From an uncultured Flavobacteriales bacterium (GTDB lineage: Bacteria; Bacteroidota; Bacteroidia; Flavobacteriales; UBA7430), in contig CAJWJW010000002.1 in the NCBI GenBank assembly GCA_913041775.1, forward strand, positions 1 through 34,637: a stretch of 34,637 nt of DNA. The letters are read 5' to 3'. The position numbers and the translations under genes are program-made. Below are positions 32,883 to 34,637 of the stretch, in pieces. The notes under the pieces were generated by a model that worked only from the letters and a program-made list of their open reading frames with translations, had not been told where the DNA came from and searched no databases. Numbering within the stretch: position 1 is the first letter of the stretch; the number at the start of each line of letters is the position of its first letter.

Positions 32883-32956
32883 GGCGGTTATAGCTCAGTT
32901 GGTAGAGCGCCACACTGTGACTGTGGATGCCGAGGGTTCGAGCCCCTCTAATCGCC
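32883..32956 (+). tRNA. trnH(gug): tRNA-His (GUG) with a genome-encoded G-1
   Basis: G(-1)-GCGGTTA-TA-GCTC..GAGC-G-CCACA-CTGTGAC-TGTGG-ATGCC-GAGGG-TTCGAGC-CCCTC-TAATCGC-C. This gives an 8-bp acceptor helix with G-1:C73. Confidence 0.92.
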
Positions 32957-32980
32957 CTTTATTAGATTCAGTATATTATA

Positions 32981-33063
32981 GTCCGCATGGTGTAATTGGT
33001 TAGCCACGAGAGACTTAAAATCTCTTGCTTTACGGCGTGCAGGTTCAAGTCCTGCTGCGGATA
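32981..33063 (+). tRNA. trnL(uaa): tRNA-Leu (UAA), long variable arm
   Basis: GTCCGCA-TG-..., anticodon arm AGAGA-CTTAAAA-TCTCT, 13-nt variable arm, T arm GCAGG-TTCAAGT-CCTGC, acceptor 3' TGCGGAT-A. Confidence 0.9.
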
Positions 33064-33115
33064 ATTATATTTTTCTAATTATACTTAATATTACGATTGC
33101 CTAAAAGTTTAATTT

Positions 33116-33424
33116 ATGCCTATCGACGCTTTCAAGTATTTAACTGTTAGTTTCATTTTATTCTTTCTTGGTGTATGAGGTATTTTTCTAAACAAGAAAA
33201 ATATCATTATTATGCTAATGTCTTTAGAATTGATGTTATTAGCGGTAAATTTTAATTTTGTTTTATCTTCTGTATATTTAGATGACTTTATGGGTCAAAT
33301 TTTTGCTTTATTTATTCTAACAGTAGCAGCGGCAGAATCAGCTATTGGTTTAGCTATTTTAGTTGTTTATTCACGAGTTCGTGGTTCTATTTCTATTGAA
33401 ATGATTCACCTTTTAAATGGTTAA
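33116..33424 (+). CDS. nad4L: NADH dehydrogenase subunit 4L
   Basis: ATG 33116, in frame with track ORF 33212 across one [52 protein letters not shown]...[28 protein letters not shown] at 33422-33424. Confidence 0.93.
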
Positions 33425-33468
33425 TCTGTTAGAGTACTTTTCTATTATTTATTCTTAGTTTAATTTAA

Positions 33469-33552
33469 GGGCGAATGCCTGAGTGGTTGAAGGGGTTAGT
33501 TTTGAAAACTAAAGTAGCGAACCTACCGCGAGTTCAAATCTCGCTTCGCCCT
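33469..33552 (+). tRNA. trnS(uga): tRNA-Ser (UGA), long variable arm
   Basis: GGGCGAA-TG-CCTG..., anticodon arm TTAGT-TTTGAAA-ACTAA, long variable arm, T arm CGCGA-GTTCAAATC-TCGCG-like, acceptor 3' TTCGCCC; 84 nt. Confidence 0.88.
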
Positions 33553-33594
33553 GTTTACATAAAATAAAGACAGGTGTTATTTTATTAGATCTAT

Positions 33595-33648
33595 AAGAAT
33601 ATAAATATTCTTCTAATAAAAACAAGGAAGTAATCTTTATGATTACTT
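33595..33648 (+). other. Two perfect 8-bp hairpins in the spacer upstream of rns
   Basis: AAGAATAT-AA-ATATTCTT (33595-33612) and AAGTAATC-TTTAT-GATTACTT (33628-33648). Function unknown. Confidence 0.3.
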
Positions 33649-33746
33649 TATTATATGGAAAGCCATATTTACCATTGATTTAGTTAAATACAAAAGCGTA
33701 TTTAAGTTTAAGATCAATTATTGTTATAAAATTAACAAGTGGTACT

Positions 33747-34637
<891 letters not shown>

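Overview
This window is most of a compact, AT-rich, gene-dense mitochondrial genome of a protist or alga. The gene set is ancestral in type: many ribosomal-protein genes, a candidate rrn5 and a near-complete bacterial-type tRNA set. It is read with UGA=Trp (translation table 4). Almost every break in the supplied ORF track is an in-frame TGA at a conserved Trp position, and a trnW with anticodon UCA is present. I place 14 respiratory/ATP synthase genes (cox1-3, cob, nad1-6, nad4L, atp6, atp8, atp9). I also place 14 ribosomal-protein genes (rps2, 3, 4, 7, 8, 11-like, 12, 13, 14, 19; rpl5, 6, 14, 16), 25 tRNAs plus one aberrant tRNA-like element, rns (3'-truncated by the window edge) and a probable rrn5. 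There are two unassigned basic ORFs and a 5'-truncated LAGLIDADG endonuclease ORF. The points most worth a second look are these. (1) The large-subunit rRNA gene is split near E. coli position ~1175 into two pieces, encoded out of order and separated by nad4, rps19 and four tRNA genes. (2) rps3 as written needs two compensating frameshifts within about 60 nt. (3) The LAGLIDADG ORF has no visible host intron and carries a C-terminal SAP-like motif. (4) A tRNA-like element with a UCU anticodon hairpin has a non-canonical domain layout. (5) Two repeat- and hairpin-rich intergenic regions lie upstream of nad6 and nad1. (6) atp6, rps4, rps11-like, rps3 and nad2 carry large lineage-specific expansions. 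All coordinates and alignments were done by eye, so rRNA ends and some start codons are approximate.
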